The translations under genes and the position numbers were made by a program. The notes under the pieces were generated by a model. The model ran no database searches. It was not told the DNA's origin and saw only the letters and a program-made list of their open reading frames with translations. Of a stretch of DNA of 64,000 nucleotides, positions 28,147 through 38,092 are shown one piece after another (the stretch's first letter is position 1; every line of letters starts with the position of its first letter). The stretch is from an uncultured Acidobacteriaceae bacterium (lineage in GTDB: Bacteria > Acidobacteriota > Terriglobia > Terriglobales > Acidobacteriaceae): NCBI GenBank assembly GCA_963762905.1, contig CAVXMJ010000011.1, positions 201,318 through 265,317 on the forward strand, read 5' to 3'.

Positions 28147-28188
28147 CGGGACTAGCGGAGTTTGCGGAGTTAGCGGAGCGAGTGAAGT
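28144..28188 (+). repeat. Short tandem nonamer repeat (about TAGCGGAGT x4-5)
   Basis: tagcgggac tagcggagt ttgcggagt tagcggagc gagtgaagt, beginning at the tsaE stop. Confidence 0.6.
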
Positions 28189-28287
28189 GGCCGGCCAACG
28201 AGCAGCCGCGAGTGAGATTGATTGTTCCTTCCGATGTAGATCCCTGCGGTCCTGTTCTGAAATCCTCATGCAATCCAAAGTGAATCC

Positions 28288-29292
28288 ATGAATCGAATTC
28301 CATTCTCAGAGGTGCATTCGACGCTGGCAGGCGTTCTGCGCAAGCTCGGGTTCGCTCCGGACCGCGCCAACACCTGCGCGCGTCTTTTTGCCGAGACCAC
28401 ACGCGATGGCGTCTACACACACGGCGTCAACCGCTTTTCACGATTCGTGACCACTCTTCGCAACGGCCGCGTCGATCCAGCAGCGGAGCCGCAGGTAACA
28501 GCGCGATTGGGCGCGCTGGAGCGTTGGGATGGGCATCGGGGCCCCGGCAACCTGGCAGCATGGGCCGCGATGGAGCGGGCGATCACCCTCGGCCGCGAAC
28601 ATGGCGTGGGATGCGTGGCGCTGGGCAATACCAACCACTGGATGCGCGGCGGAACGTACGGCTGGCAGGCCGCCGAAGCGGGAATGATCGGCATCTGCTG
28701 GACGAACACCATGCCCAATCTGCCGCCGTGGGGCGGTGCGGAGCGCGTTATCGGAAACAATCCTCTGATCATCGCGGTTCCACGCGCGAGCGGGCCGGTG
28801 GTGCTCGATATGGCCATGTCGCAGTTTTCCTATGGCGCCCTCGAAAGCTATCGCAAGCGCGGCGAGATGCTGCCCGTGGAGGGCGGCTTCGATGCGGAAG
28901 GCAATTTGACGCGCGACCCCGGAGCGATTGAGAAGTCGTGGCGGCCGTTGCCGGCAGGGTATTGGAAGGGATCTGGCCTCGCCGTTGTGCTGGATATGAT
29001 CGCCGCCATGATGACGCTCGGACAGGCGACGTATCAAATCTCTTCAGTCGCGGTTCAGGAGACCTCGATCTCGCAGATGTTTCTGGCGCTCAACCCTGGG
29101 GCGTTCGGGCAAGTGGACGAAGCCGAGCGGATCGCTGACGCGGTTGTCGCTTCCTTACACAACTGCACGCCGGCAAAGCCTGGCAGCAAGGTTCGCTATC
29201 CCGGTGAAGAGACGCTGCGCTTGCGCGAGGAAAACACGCGCCTGGGACTGCCGGTTGAGCCGAAGGTCTGGGCCGAGATTCTGGCGATGTAG
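28288..29292 (+). CDS. yiaK: 2,3-diketo-L-gulonate reductase (Ldh_2 family)
   Basis: GVYTHGVNRF, NTNHWMRGGTYGWQAAE, ICWTN, GNNPL, DMAMSQFSYG, GYWKGSGL. Confidence 0.9.
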   Translation: MNRIPFSEVHSTLAGVLRKLGFAPDRANTCARLFAETTRDGVYTHGVNRFSRFVTTLRNGRVDPAAEPQVTARLGALERWDGHRGPGNLAAWAAMERAITLGREHGVGCVALGNTNHWMRGGTYGWQAAEAGMIGICWTNTMPNLPPWGGAERVIGNNPLIIAVPRASGPVVLDMAMSQFSYGALESYRKRGEMLPVEGGFDAEGNLTRDPGAIEKSWRPLPAGYWKGSGLAVVLDMIAAMMTLGQATYQISSVAVQETSISQMFLALNPGAFGQVDEAERIADAVVASLHNCTPAKPGSKVRYPGEETLRLREENTRLGLPVEPKVWAEILAM

Positions 29293-29320
29293 ATTCCCGG
29301 ATGCCGAATGCGTGGCCCGC

Positions 29321-30088
29321 TCAGAACCCCATGATGTTGTAGCCGCAATCGACGTAGATCACTTCACCCGTGACGGCGCTGGCGAGGTCGCTGGCCAGAT
29401 AAAGCGCTGTGCCACCGACTTCGAGCTGATCGACATTACGGTGGAGTGGTGCTCGCTCACTGTGGGCTTTGAGCATGTCACCGAGAGCGCCCACCCCCCG
29501 CGCGGCCAGCGTTTTGATGGGGCCGGCGGAAATTGCGTTCACTCGGATGTTTTTCGGGCCGAGCTCGAAGGCCAGATAGCGCACCGCCGATTCAAGAGAA
29601 GCCTTGGCGAGGGCCATGACGTTGTAGTGGGGCACAACTTTTTCCGCGGCGTAGTAAGTGAGCGTGATGATGCTGCCGCCCTCGGTCATCAGCGGCACAG
29701 CGCCGCGGCTGACTGCAATCAGCGAGTAGACGCTCACATCGTGTGCGATGCGAAAGCCCTCGCGGCTGGTGTTGATGAACTCCCCCTTCAGGTCCTCCGG
29801 AGGCGCATAAGCGACGGCGTGGACGAGGATATCGAGCTTGCCGTACTTCTCCTTGAGCGCGGCAAACAGCGCTGCAATCTCCTGATCGTTTGAGACATCA
29901 CATTGAAAGCCGCTGGCGCCGGGGAGTTCGTTGATCAGGTCTCCGGCCTCGGACTTCATGCGTTCATTTTGATAGCAGATGGCCAGAGTGGCGCCGGCCT
30001 CGTGGAGCTTCTGGGCGATGCCCCATGCGATGGAGCGCTTGTTGGCCAATCCGAAGACAACGGCAGTCTTGCCCGCCAAATTGATCAT
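29321..30088 (-). CDS. fabI: Enoyl-ACP reductase
   Basis: GLANKRSIAWGIA, YNVMALAKASLE, VNAISAGPIKTLA. Start is ATG 30088 after GGAGG. Confidence 0.95.
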   Translation of the reverse strand: MINLAGKTAVVFGLANKRSIAWGIAQKLHEAGATLAICYQNERMKSEAGDLINELPGASGFQCDVSNDQEIAALFAALKEKYGKLDILVHAVAYAPPEDLKGEFINTSREGFRIAHDVSVYSLIAVSRGAVPLMTEGGSIITLTYYAAEKVVPHYNVMALAKASLESAVRYLAFELGPKNIRVNAISAGPIKTLAARGVGALGDMLKAHSERAPLHRNVDQLEVGGTALYLASDLASAVTGEVIYVDCGYNIMGF

Positions 30089-30216
30089 GCTGTTAGAGTG
30101 CCTCCAATTATCTTGTTCGACAAAGGGGAAACGCGGAGTCGCCGCCGCCATTTTTCAGGATAACAGAGCAAAATTCCTTCGCAGATGCAAAGCGTGATAC
30201 ATCCGCCGGGCTCGGT

Positions 30217-31038
30217 TCACCCCCCGAGATCGATTAACTCGACATGCCCCACCGGGCGCCCGAGAAAGCGCGGGCCCAGTCGTTCAAATTTCTCTACGGA
30301 ATCAGTGGCGAAGCAGCGGACCTCAGTTTCTTGCGGGATTCCGCCCGCGCTCGGTTTTGCCTGGCCATTGATCCTCGCTACGGCAGCCTGCGCCACGGAT
30401 TCAGCGGAATCGATCACCTTTGCGCCGGGCCGAACGGCGCCTTCAAAGAGGGGTCGCAGGAGCGGGTAGTGTGTGCAGCCGAGCACCAGCGTGTCCGGAT
30501 TCATATTGCGGGTCTCAGCCTCGGCGCGAAGTTCATTCAGATAAATCTCAATCACCTCAGCCGTCACTGGGTGATCGGTCCAGCCTTCCTCGACCAGCGG
30601 AACGAGCAGCGGGCACGCCTTTTCGATCGTGCGTAAACCGTGCGCAGCGCAGGCGGTCGTATAGGCGTGGCTGTGTACTGTGGCTTCAGTGGCGACAACC
30701 AGCACATCGCCGGATCGCGAAGCGGCGCGAGCAGCGGAGGCGCCGGGCTCAATGACGCCCAGCACGGGAACGGAAACAGCCTCTTGAATGGCGTCGAGCG
30801 CCAGTGCGCTGGCGGTATTGCAGGCGATCACGAGGAACTCGGCGCCCTGTTCATTGACCAGGAATTGCGCGCTCTGCGCGGCGTAGCGCGCAATGGTGCG
30901 GCGGGACTTGGATCCGTACGGCAGCCGCGCCGTATCACCGAGAAAAGCGAAGCGCGCGCCGGGAAGCCGCTCGATGAGCGAGCGCAGAACCGTCAACCCG
31001 CCAAAGCCGGAATCAAAAACGCCGATGGTTGGTGCCAT
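30217..31038 (-). CDS. murI: Glutamate racemase
   Basis: IGVFDSGFGGLTV, PYGSK, ACNTAS, VLGCTHYP. Confidence 0.97.
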   Translation of the reverse strand: MAPTIGVFDSGFGGLTVLRSLIERLPGARFAFLGDTARLPYGSKSRRTIARYAAQSAQFLVNEQGAEFLVIACNTASALALDAIQEAVSVPVLGVIEPGASAARAASRSGDVLVVATEATVHSHAYTTACAAHGLRTIEKACPLLVPLVEEGWTDHPVTAEVIEIYLNELRAEAETRNMNPDTLVLGCTHYPLLRPLFEGAVRPGAKVIDSAESVAQAAVARINGQAKPSAGGIPQETEVRCFATDSVEKFERLGPRFLGRPVGHVELIDLGG

Positions 31039-31106
31039 AGTTCTAGGGTAGCGTCTGTGAGCGGGGTGGGTCACGGCGCCTTATTGGCTTGCGCGCCCCA
31101 CCCTCC

Positions 31107-32537
31107 TCATTGTTGAATCTTTCTGAGATATGCGTTTAGTTCCTCGTCCGCGGGGGCAGTTGTGCAGCTTCCGGGCCGCTTATACAAGCAAACTCCCTCC
31201 CAGCACTGCGCCTTCCCGAATTCATGCGGAACCTCGGGCGTGTTATCCGGCGCGATCAGCGCATTGATTGCGGAAGCATCCTTGGCGAGTTGCCCTGCGC
31301 TTTCAAGCGGAATGATCGGCACATCGCGATGAAGATGTGTATACCCCCCGGATTGCCACCAGATCGCATGGTAAATTCCAACTCCACATAATGCGGGCTC
31401 GCGGCTGAGGCGATCAAATGCGCCATCACCCCACCGGGTTTTGTACCAGTCCGCACAGTGCGCCGCCAGCAAACCCGACGAGACGAAGAGAAATGCAACG
31501 CCGATGGCCACCACCCATCTGGGATTCTCGAGGAATCTCATTCCCGCCCTGATCTCGTAGAGCAAATCGACGATGCCCATTGCGGCCATTGTGATTGCCG
31601 GAGCAAGGATCGGGTAGATGAAGCGAATCTCTTTGTGCGGGATCACGCTGTGCGAAACCACGACGATGGCGCAAAAGATCGCCAGAAACGGGCTTCGCCG
31701 GGCACCGTGAAGGAGAAGCAGGACCGCTGGACCGAGCAAAACCAGAAGAACCAGAGCGTACCAGTACCACGGCTGAACGAGCGTGAGCTCTTTGCCCGGC
31801 CCGCTCACCACATTTTCTTTGTAATAGAGGATGAACGACTGCCAAGGATACGACCACGTCATCCAATCGACGGCTCCGAAGAATAGAACGGGAACGGCTG
31901 CTCCCGCTGCCACCGCGGGAATCCGGACGCGCCAGCGAGGATAACAAAAGTAAATCATCGCAAAGAGAAGCGCGGGCAGTAATTGAATACGCAGGCACGC
32001 AGCCAAAGCGCAAAGAAATCCCGCGAGAAGCAGCCGCTTGCGTTCGCCGAGCTTCTCGCCGTATACGCCAAGGTAGAGCCCGGGCAACAGAACATGGGCG
32101 GCCACGACCTCATTGAGCGCTTTGGGCGCGAAGTAAACAAACCCAAAGAAAAAAGAGCAGGCGAGCGCAGCGATGATCGCCGCGGGCGTGCCGCTGGCGC
32201 GCTTTGCCCATGCATACCCGAACCAGATTGTGATCAGCGAAATCAGCGATAGAACCACCGCCGTTCCGGCAACATAGCCGGATGAAGCCGTGCCCATCCA
32301 TGCAGTAGCGCGCATCACTCCGGCGAGAAATGTGGGAAAAACCCACGAGCGAATCCCCAGCCGCCACTCCCACGAAATCACGCCATAGCCAAACACCAGT
32401 CTGTGCGCCGGCTCGAGCGTCTGGAAAATCTCATCGGGAAAGAAAATGTTGGGCGACCCCAACGCAAGACCGATCCGGAGCGCGAATGCCGACCCCAGCA
32501 GCGCAGACCACGCGAAAGGCTTTTTTGCGCGCATCAC
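31107..32537 (-). CDS. GT22 (PIG-B/Alg9-like) polyprenyl-phosphate-sugar-dependent glycosyltransferase
   Basis: FPDEIFQTLEPAHRLVFGYGVISWEW..GIRSW, PWYWY and HSVIPHKEIRFIYP match PIG-B/GPI10-type motifs; multiple TMs. Confidence 0.8.
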   Translation of the reverse strand: MMRAKKPFAWSALLGSAFALRIGLALGSPNIFFPDEIFQTLEPAHRLVFGYGVISWEWRLGIRSWVFPTFLAGVMRATAWMGTASSGYVAGTAVVLSLISLITIWFGYAWAKRASGTPAAIIAALACSFFFGFVYFAPKALNEVVAAHVLLPGLYLGVYGEKLGERKRLLLAGFLCALAACLRIQLLPALLFAMIYFCYPRWRVRIPAVAAGAAVPVLFFGAVDWMTWSYPWQSFILYYKENVVSGPGKELTLVQPWYWYALVLLVLLGPAVLLLLHGARRSPFLAIFCAIVVVSHSVIPHKEIRFIYPILAPAITMAAMGIVDLLYEIRAGMRFLENPRWVVAIGVAFLFVSSGLLAAHCADWYKTRWGDGAFDRLSREPALCGVGIYHAIWWQSGGYTHLHRDVPIIPLESAGQLAKDASAINALIAPDNTPEVPHEFGKAQCWEGVCLYKRPGSCTTAPADEELNAYLRKIQQ

Positions 32538-33166
32538 TGCGGGACACCTCCGGCCGCCGCAGTGTTCTCATTCGTCAAATATGTGCGCGTCAGGTCCGCG
32601 TGGCCCGCGAGACTCGCCCGCGGCTGCCCATCGACCAGAAATCGCACCTCGGTCACGCGCGGCAGATTCGCATTGAGTGTGGAGCAAATCGAAAGCACCG
32701 TGAGCGATTCTGTCTCGAGGCCTGAGGGGTGACCAGCGACAAATGCCCCCGTCAGATTCACCACCGCAAGCTGTGAGCCGTCTGGCGTTACCTTCCCGTT
32801 CGCGTCTGCGATAGGCATGAGAAAAACCTCCGCGATCGAACTCGCACCGCCAGGGACGGGATGCGCGGACTCGGGAGCAGCGTAGAGGTCAAGCAACCTG
32901 CCCAACACGGCGCGCGCCCGAGCCTCGGGATTCTGGGGTAAGGGCAGCGTCAGGATGCGGGGCTGCACGGTGTTATCGGCATCGTTGGCCACCATGAGCG
33001 TAGCCTGCTCGGCCGGCGCCACCAGCGGCGCCTGCGTCGGAGCCGAATCCTCGCCTCGAAGCAGGCGATCGTGAGCTCGCCGCAACTGGTTCCAGAGCAA
33101 TCCGCCCATGATGGCGGAGGCCGCGAGCAAAACAACGAAGAGGACGGTCTGGTGGCGAGGGATCAC
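32534..33166 (-). CDS. GerMN domain protein
   Basis: N-terminal TM, AVVNL...HPSG..E...SICSTL..N...VTEVRFLVDG...LAGH.DL. Confidence 0.88.
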   Translation of the reverse strand: MIPRHQTVLFVVLLAASAIMGGLLWNQLRRAHDRLLRGEDSAPTQAPLVAPAEQATLMVANDADNTVQPRILTLPLPQNPEARARAVLGRLLDLYAAPESAHPVPGGASSIAEVFLMPIADANGKVTPDGSQLAVVNLTGAFVAGHPSGLETESLTVLSICSTLNANLPRVTEVRFLVDGQPRASLAGHADLTRTYLTNENTAAAGGVPQ

Positions 33167-33966
33167 GGCTGGCGGTCCTCCCTCGTTTCAGATCGCCACT
33201 CAACCAGAGCAGCGGCGAGCGCGTCCGCGACACGCGCCTCGTAGTCCGCCTCATCGAGGCTCGCCGATCCCTGTGCATCCGACGATCGATCGGGTGCGAT
33301 CTCAATGGCTATGGCCGGACAGGTCATGCTGTCGATAGCAGGCAGCGCAGTGCGCCCCAGGGTGACGGGCACATTGGCATGCGAAAGGGCCGAGTTCACC
33401 AGGCCGGCCAGAGTGATGCTGCGCATAACCCAGGCAGCCTGAGCTGTCTTCCATGGCAGAAAGCGCGCATTTTGGACCGGCGCAAGCGAAGAAACAAACA
33501 AATGCACGCCGGAGCCGCTCATTGCAGCATGCAGGCTCAGGCAGGCCTGGGAGTTGGCGTGGTCGGCAATGTCGGCGCGGCCAGCCGGATCCACGTCGGC
33601 GTCCGAATCGCGCGTCGTCACCACGGCGAAGCCTCTCGCCGCAAGCAAAGAGCGAAGCCGAACGCTGAATGCCAGAGTGAACGCCTTTTCAGTCTCGCTG
33701 CCGAGGCGAGCGCCCGAATCATCGCCGCCATGTGCCGCGTCGAGCACCACCACAAAGCGCGCTGGGACTGGGGGAGTTTGAGCCCACACCGGAGTGCACG
33801 CCGCAACGGCGAGAAGGCTGCGAACGGCCCTCATCAATTTCCGATTGCGCGTTCCTGGAAGTTTCTTCGGAGCAACGTTGAGCGGCAAAAAGCTGGCGGG
33901 CGGCGTGAATGAGCGTTCCGTGCCCGGTTCCAGCGGTGCCGGCCGCATCATGTCAATCCAGGGCAT
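33163..33966 (-). CDS. N-acetylmuramoyl-L-alanine amidase (Amidase_3); true start may be near 33834
   Basis: VVLDAAHGGDDSGA, TEK, TTRDSD, LSLHA, PAIAIEI; signal-like segment from MRAVRS. Confidence 0.85.
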   Translation of the reverse strand: MPWIDMMRPAPLEPGTERSFTPPASFLPLNVAPKKLPGTRNRKLMRAVRSLLAVAACTPVWAQTPPVPARFVVVLDAAHGGDDSGARLGSETEKAFTLAFSVRLRSLLAARGFAVVTTRDSDADVDPAGRADIADHANSQACLSLHAAMSGSGVHLFVSSLAPVQNARFLPWKTAQAAWVMRSITLAGLVNSALSHANVPVTLGRTALPAIDSMTCPAIAIEIAPDRSSDAQGSASLDEADYEARVADALAAALVEWRSETREDRQP

Positions 33967-35278
33967 AGATAGCCAGGCCGCTGAGCAGCTTGGGAAAAAA
34001 GTCGGTGGACTTTTGCGGCATCACCTCTCCGGCAAAGGCAACTTCCTTCAATTGCTCCATGGTCACAGGCTTGGTGAGGAACGCAATATCGGCATCGCCA
34101 TTGCGCACCTGTTCCACTGCCTCCTGGGCGTCGCGCAGATAGCGCAGGTTGGTCTGCTCGCGCACCTTTTCGGCGTCCAGTCCCAACAGGCGCTCGAATA
34201 CGACGGAGTGCAACTGAGTCAAATCGAGCTGCCGCTGACGATCCGGCACGTCGGCCAGGGCCGCGGCCATGGCATCTGGCTTGGCGCGCAGAAGGAATGC
34301 GCCGGAAACTGTGACGGCCACGAAAGCCGTTCCCGTTTCGCGCGATAACTCCTCAAGAAACGATGCCGCATCGAACGGCGGCAACGGTTTGACCTCAAAG
34401 TACGCCTCCGCCGCCTCAAAGAACGCTGTGGCGAAAAAGCCGCTAAGCCCGTGTACAACCCGGTGAGTAGGCAAAACCACAAGCCCGTCCGAGTCCATGT
34501 TGACGAACGTCATCATCACTGCGGCCTCAGGGAACTCGGGTTGCGGCAACTGCTGCGTATTCGAGCCGCTTTTGCCGTGAGCCGCGCCCTGGTGTTCTTT
34601 GGAGTACTTCAGCGCCGTTTCGTAGCGGTGATGACCGTCAGCGATGATGAGCTTTTTGTCGCTCATGGCTGTCACCAGCAGGCGTATTGCCGCGGGGTTG
34701 TTCACCCGCCAGAGCTTGTGCTGAACGCCGTATTCGTCGGTGACTTCGGCGTCGGCGGCGTCATTGCCGTCGTAGAGAACCTTTTCCACGCTGCCGGCCG
34801 GGTCAGAGTAGAGCATGAAGATCTGGCCGAAGTGCGCACGTGTGGCCTTCAGCAGGTTCAGCCGATCGCTCTTGGGCTTCGACAGCGTCTGTTCGTGACG
34901 AAAGACGACCTGGTCGGCATATTCATGCAGCTTGCCCAGTGCGATAAACCCGCGCCGTTCCTTTTCGACTTCAGTCCCGGGAACCTTGAAACGCTGGGCG
35001 TATGCAAACACGCATGGCTCGTTTTCCTGGACCAGAATGCCCTGCTCGCGCCAGGCACGAAAATCCTGTGCCGCGCGGGTATAGACGTTTTCACCCTTCT
35101 CTGCGTCAAATAGCTCAGGCAGTCCCAGAATGATGCGAACAAGGTTGGAAGGGCTGCGCTGGTAGTACGCCTGTTGCATGGCTGGCGTTATCTTGTCGTA
35201 GGGTTGCGTGACCACGTCTTCCAGGCGAACCGAAGAGGGGTTGTAGCGCCAGGCGCGAAAAGGATAGATACGAGCCAT
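33953..35278 (-). CDS. DUF1015 family protein
   Basis: IYPFRA.RY, PYDKI, HEQT, IADGHHRYETA, MPQKSTDFFPKLLSGL. Confidence 0.92.
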   Translation of the reverse strand: MARIYPFRAWRYNPSSVRLEDVVTQPYDKITPAMQQAYYQRSPSNLVRIILGLPELFDAEKGENVYTRAAQDFRAWREQGILVQENEPCVFAYAQRFKVPGTEVEKERRGFIALGKLHEYADQVVFRHEQTLSKPKSDRLNLLKATRAHFGQIFMLYSDPAGSVEKVLYDGNDAADAEVTDEYGVQHKLWRVNNPAAIRLLVTAMSDKKLIIADGHHRYETALKYSKEHQGAAHGKSGSNTQQLPQPEFPEAAVMMTFVNMDSDGLVVLPTHRVVHGLSGFFATAFFEAAEAYFEVKPLPPFDAASFLEELSRETGTAFVAVTVSGAFLLRAKPDAMAAALADVPDRQRQLDLTQLHSVVFERLLGLDAEKVREQTNLRYLRDAQEAVEQVRNGDADIAFLTKPVTMEQLKEVAFAGEVMPQKSTDFFPKLLSGLAIYALD

Positions 35279-35496
35279 GAGGAAGGTCTTACTCTCCGCG
35301 AATCAGTGGAATTTGGGTGCCGATTACGCCGTACTGTCTGTTGAAATGTGCGGGCCGGCCAAGCTCGATTGTATCGCAGCGCTCACCTGTGCCCGTCGGC
35401 GCGAGCTCCGGTCCATGGGTCGCGGGAGCGGCAATCTGCTGACAGCGGCGGCGCGCCGGTAATGGTAATATCGCCTTCAACCCGCTGTGGTGCCTC

Positions 35497-36591
35497 ATGA
35501 GGATGCTTCCCCAGCACGCGACTCCCAAAGGGGCAGGCCCGCTTGCCTTCTTTCGCCGCTGTGCTCCGTTTCACCGTTATGTCTGGATGGGAGTGCTGGC
35601 AGCCGTAATCTGCCTCGCGCAGCTGCGTGGGCAGGAAGATCAACTGAACAAAATACACGTCGAGCCGCCGTCGGCATCCGCTCCGCCAGCGAGCGAACCC
35701 AAGGGAGCAGAGGCGGCGCCGGAAACGGGCCCGGGATCGCTCCACATTCATCCCGGCTCATTCATCCGTATGAACGTGGATATGGTGTTGGTCCCGGTCA
35801 CCGTCACCGACCCGTTGAACCGGCTGGTCACGGGTTTGGAAAAAGAAGATTTCCAGGTCTACGAAAACAACGGCGAGGAGAAGATCGCCAGCTTCGCGAG
35901 TGAGGATGCCCCGGTCACCATCGGCATTATCTTCGACCTCTCCGGCTCCATGTCTTCCAAGCTGGTCCGCGCTCGCGAAGCAATCTTGCAGTTCATCAAA
36001 ACGGCAAATCCCCAGGACGAGTTCTTCGTCATCGGATTCAACGACCGCCCGGAGCTGATCGAGGACTTCACCAGCTCCGTCGACGACATTCAGGCGCGGC
36101 TGGCAACGGTTCAGGCCGGCCGCCGCACGGCCCTGCTGGATGCGATCTACTACGGCATCGCCAAGATGAAGGACGCCCACCACGAACGGAAAGCATTGCT
36201 TGTGGTCTCCGACGGGGGCGACAACCGTTCCCGCTACACCGAGGGCGAGGTGCGGGCTGCGGTACGCGAAGCCGACGTTGAAATCTATTCCATTGGCATC
36301 TTCGATCCCTATGCGCCCACCCCCGAGGAGCGGACCGGGCCCCAGCTTCTTGACGACATCAGTTCTGCGACAGGTGGGCGGCTCTTCCGCGTCGACGATG
36401 TAGACGAAATGAGCGATATCGCCGAGAAGATCTCTACTGAACTCCGTAACCAGTATGTGATCGGCTACAAACCCGCTGACCTTACTCGTGATGGCAAGTG
36501 GCGTAAAGTGAAGGTGAAGGTGAATCCGCCTCCTGGCCTTCCTCCGCTGACGGTTTATGCTCGCACCGGCTACTATGCGCCTCTCCAATAA
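35497..36591 (+). CDS. Acidobacterial VWA domain protein
   Basis: VLVPVTVTD, DLSGSM (MIDAS), TALLDAI, SDGGDN, TGGR, QYVIGY, RTGYYAP. Confidence 0.92.
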   Translation: MRMLPQHATPKGAGPLAFFRRCAPFHRYVWMGVLAAVICLAQLRGQEDQLNKIHVEPPSASAPPASEPKGAEAAPETGPGSLHIHPGSFIRMNVDMVLVPVTVTDPLNRLVTGLEKEDFQVYENNGEEKIASFASEDAPVTIGIIFDLSGSMSSKLVRAREAILQFIKTANPQDEFFVIGFNDRPELIEDFTSSVDDIQARLATVQAGRRTALLDAIYYGIAKMKDAHHERKALLVVSDGGDNRSRYTEGEVRAAVREADVEIYSIGIFDPYAPTPEERTGPQLLDDISSATGGRLFRVDDVDEMSDIAEKISTELRNQYVIGYKPADLTRDGKWRKVKVKVNPPPGLPPLTVYARTGYYAPLQ

Positions 36592-37642
36592 CGGAATTCT
36601 GGTGTTCCTTCTTCTCGCCGCCGGGCTTGCTCTGCCGGCGCAGCAGCCGCAGCCGCCTCAAGCCGCAGTGCCGGCAAATCAGGCGCCGCTCACCGTCGAT
36701 ACTGATCCGGTTCGCTCGCCTGATGTGGTGTCCCCGGCTCCCTCCTCTGGCTCGCTTAAGAAGGAGGGCGAAGGCTATCTGCTCCATACCGACGTCGAAG
36801 AGGTGGTACTCAATGCCACCGTCCTCGATGGCGGCAATCTGGTACAAAATCTCACCAAAGACGATTTCACCATTTACGAAGACGGGGTGAAGCAGACGCT
36901 GATCAGCTTCCAGCACACCGATCTGCCCGTTTCCATGGGCCTGGTGGTCGACAACTCCGGGTCGATGTACCGCAAGAGGCCATCGGTGAACAAATCCGCC
37001 CTCGACCTCGTCGAGGCCTCGAACCCGCAGGACGAAGCTTTTGTCGTGAACTTTTCCGACGAAGCATTTATCGATTGTGACTTCACTTCAAATATCGGCA
37101 AGCTGCGCGATGGGCTCTCGCACATTGATTCTCGCGGCGGCACCGCGCTCTACGATGCCGTCGTGGCTTCGGCAGACAAGCTGGTGGCCGACGCCAAGCG
37201 GCCCAAGCAGGTTCTCGTCCTGATCACGGATGGAGAGGACAACGCCTCGAGCCAGAACCTGGAACAGACCATCGCGCGCGTGCAGCAGCTTTCCGGGCCC
37301 GTGATTTACTCCATTGGGCTGCTTTTTGGAGACGAGATGAGCCGCGCCGAAGTGCGGAACGCGAAACGCGCACTAACATTGCTCTCCACCGAGACGGGCG
37401 GCATGGCTTTCTTTCCCAAGTCCATCGATCAGGTGGATCAGATCGCCGCCGAAGTAGCGCGTGACATCCGCAGCCAGTACACGCTGGGCTATCACTCGAC
37501 AAAGCCGACGACCGTTGCGGGCTTCAGGCGCGTAGAAGTCACCGCCGAGCAAAAAGGATTGGGCAAGCTGACGGTGCGCACCCGTACGGGCTACTTTCCG
37601 TCGGTGCGCACACCCAGGCAGTCTGCCGCGGTGGCAAGGTAG
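36575..37642 (+). CDS. Acidobacterial VWA domain protein (tandem paralog)
   Basis: Signal peptide, DNSGSM (MIDAS), GGTALYDA, TDGEDN, TGG, QYTLGY, RTGY. Confidence 0.92.
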   Translation: MRLSNNGILVFLLLAAGLALPAQQPQPPQAAVPANQAPLTVDTDPVRSPDVVSPAPSSGSLKKEGEGYLLHTDVEEVVLNATVLDGGNLVQNLTKDDFTIYEDGVKQTLISFQHTDLPVSMGLVVDNSGSMYRKRPSVNKSALDLVEASNPQDEAFVVNFSDEAFIDCDFTSNIGKLRDGLSHIDSRGGTALYDAVVASADKLVADAKRPKQVLVLITDGEDNASSQNLEQTIARVQQLSGPVIYSIGLLFGDEMSRAEVRNAKRALTLLSTETGGMAFFPKSIDQVDQIAAEVARDIRSQYTLGYHSTKPTTVAGFRRVEVTAEQKGLGKLTVRTRTGYFPSVRTPRQSAAVAR

Positions 37643-37651
37643 ATCACAAGA

Positions 37652-37903
37652 ATGTCTGACGACGCGGACCTGAAAACCGGCCTCGAGCAACTCGCTCACT
37701 TGAAGGCGATGGGCGAAAAAGCCTACGACGATATGTACGAGGCGCGCTCGCCCAGCGACGCAACGGCCCGCTACAGCGATGCCAAGGAATGTTATTACGA
37801 CGCGATCGGGCTGGCCAGTCGGCTGGGGCAAAAGGAAGAGGCCGAGGCGCTGCACGCCCGCCTGGCCCACATCAAAGCAGTCTTCCGCAGTCAGTTCACG
37901 TAG
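37652..37903 (+). CDS. Small helical hypothetical protein
   Basis: 83-aa ORF 9 nt after the VWA gene, GC3-rich codons, predicted helical hairpin. Confidence 0.7.
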   Translation: MSDDADLKTGLEQLAHLKAMGEKAYDDMYEARSPSDATARYSDAKECYYDAIGLASRLGQKEEAEALHARLAHIKAVFRSQFT

Positions 37904-37942
37904 TGTCCTGAGTTGTTAATTTTTTGCACAATCTTGCGGCGT

Positions 37943-38004
37943 AAATGCGAGTCCTTCGGCTCCGTTTGTCGCAAAGAACGCGCCAAACTTCGCTCAGGAT
38001 GACA
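37943..38004 (-). repeat. TGTCATCCTGAGCGA-type REP-like palindromic repeat (solo copy next to the GIY-YIG element)
   Basis: The reverse complement reads tgtcatcctgagcgaagtttggcgcgttctttgcgacaaacggagccgaaggactcgcattt. Confidence 0.8.
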
Positions 38005-38092
38005 ACCCATTTGCTTAACAAACTTCACACTCCGAGCCCTGGCGGGGTCCTTTTCAGCCGGAGTTTCCAAAGATCCGCACTTCTCAAAGAAC

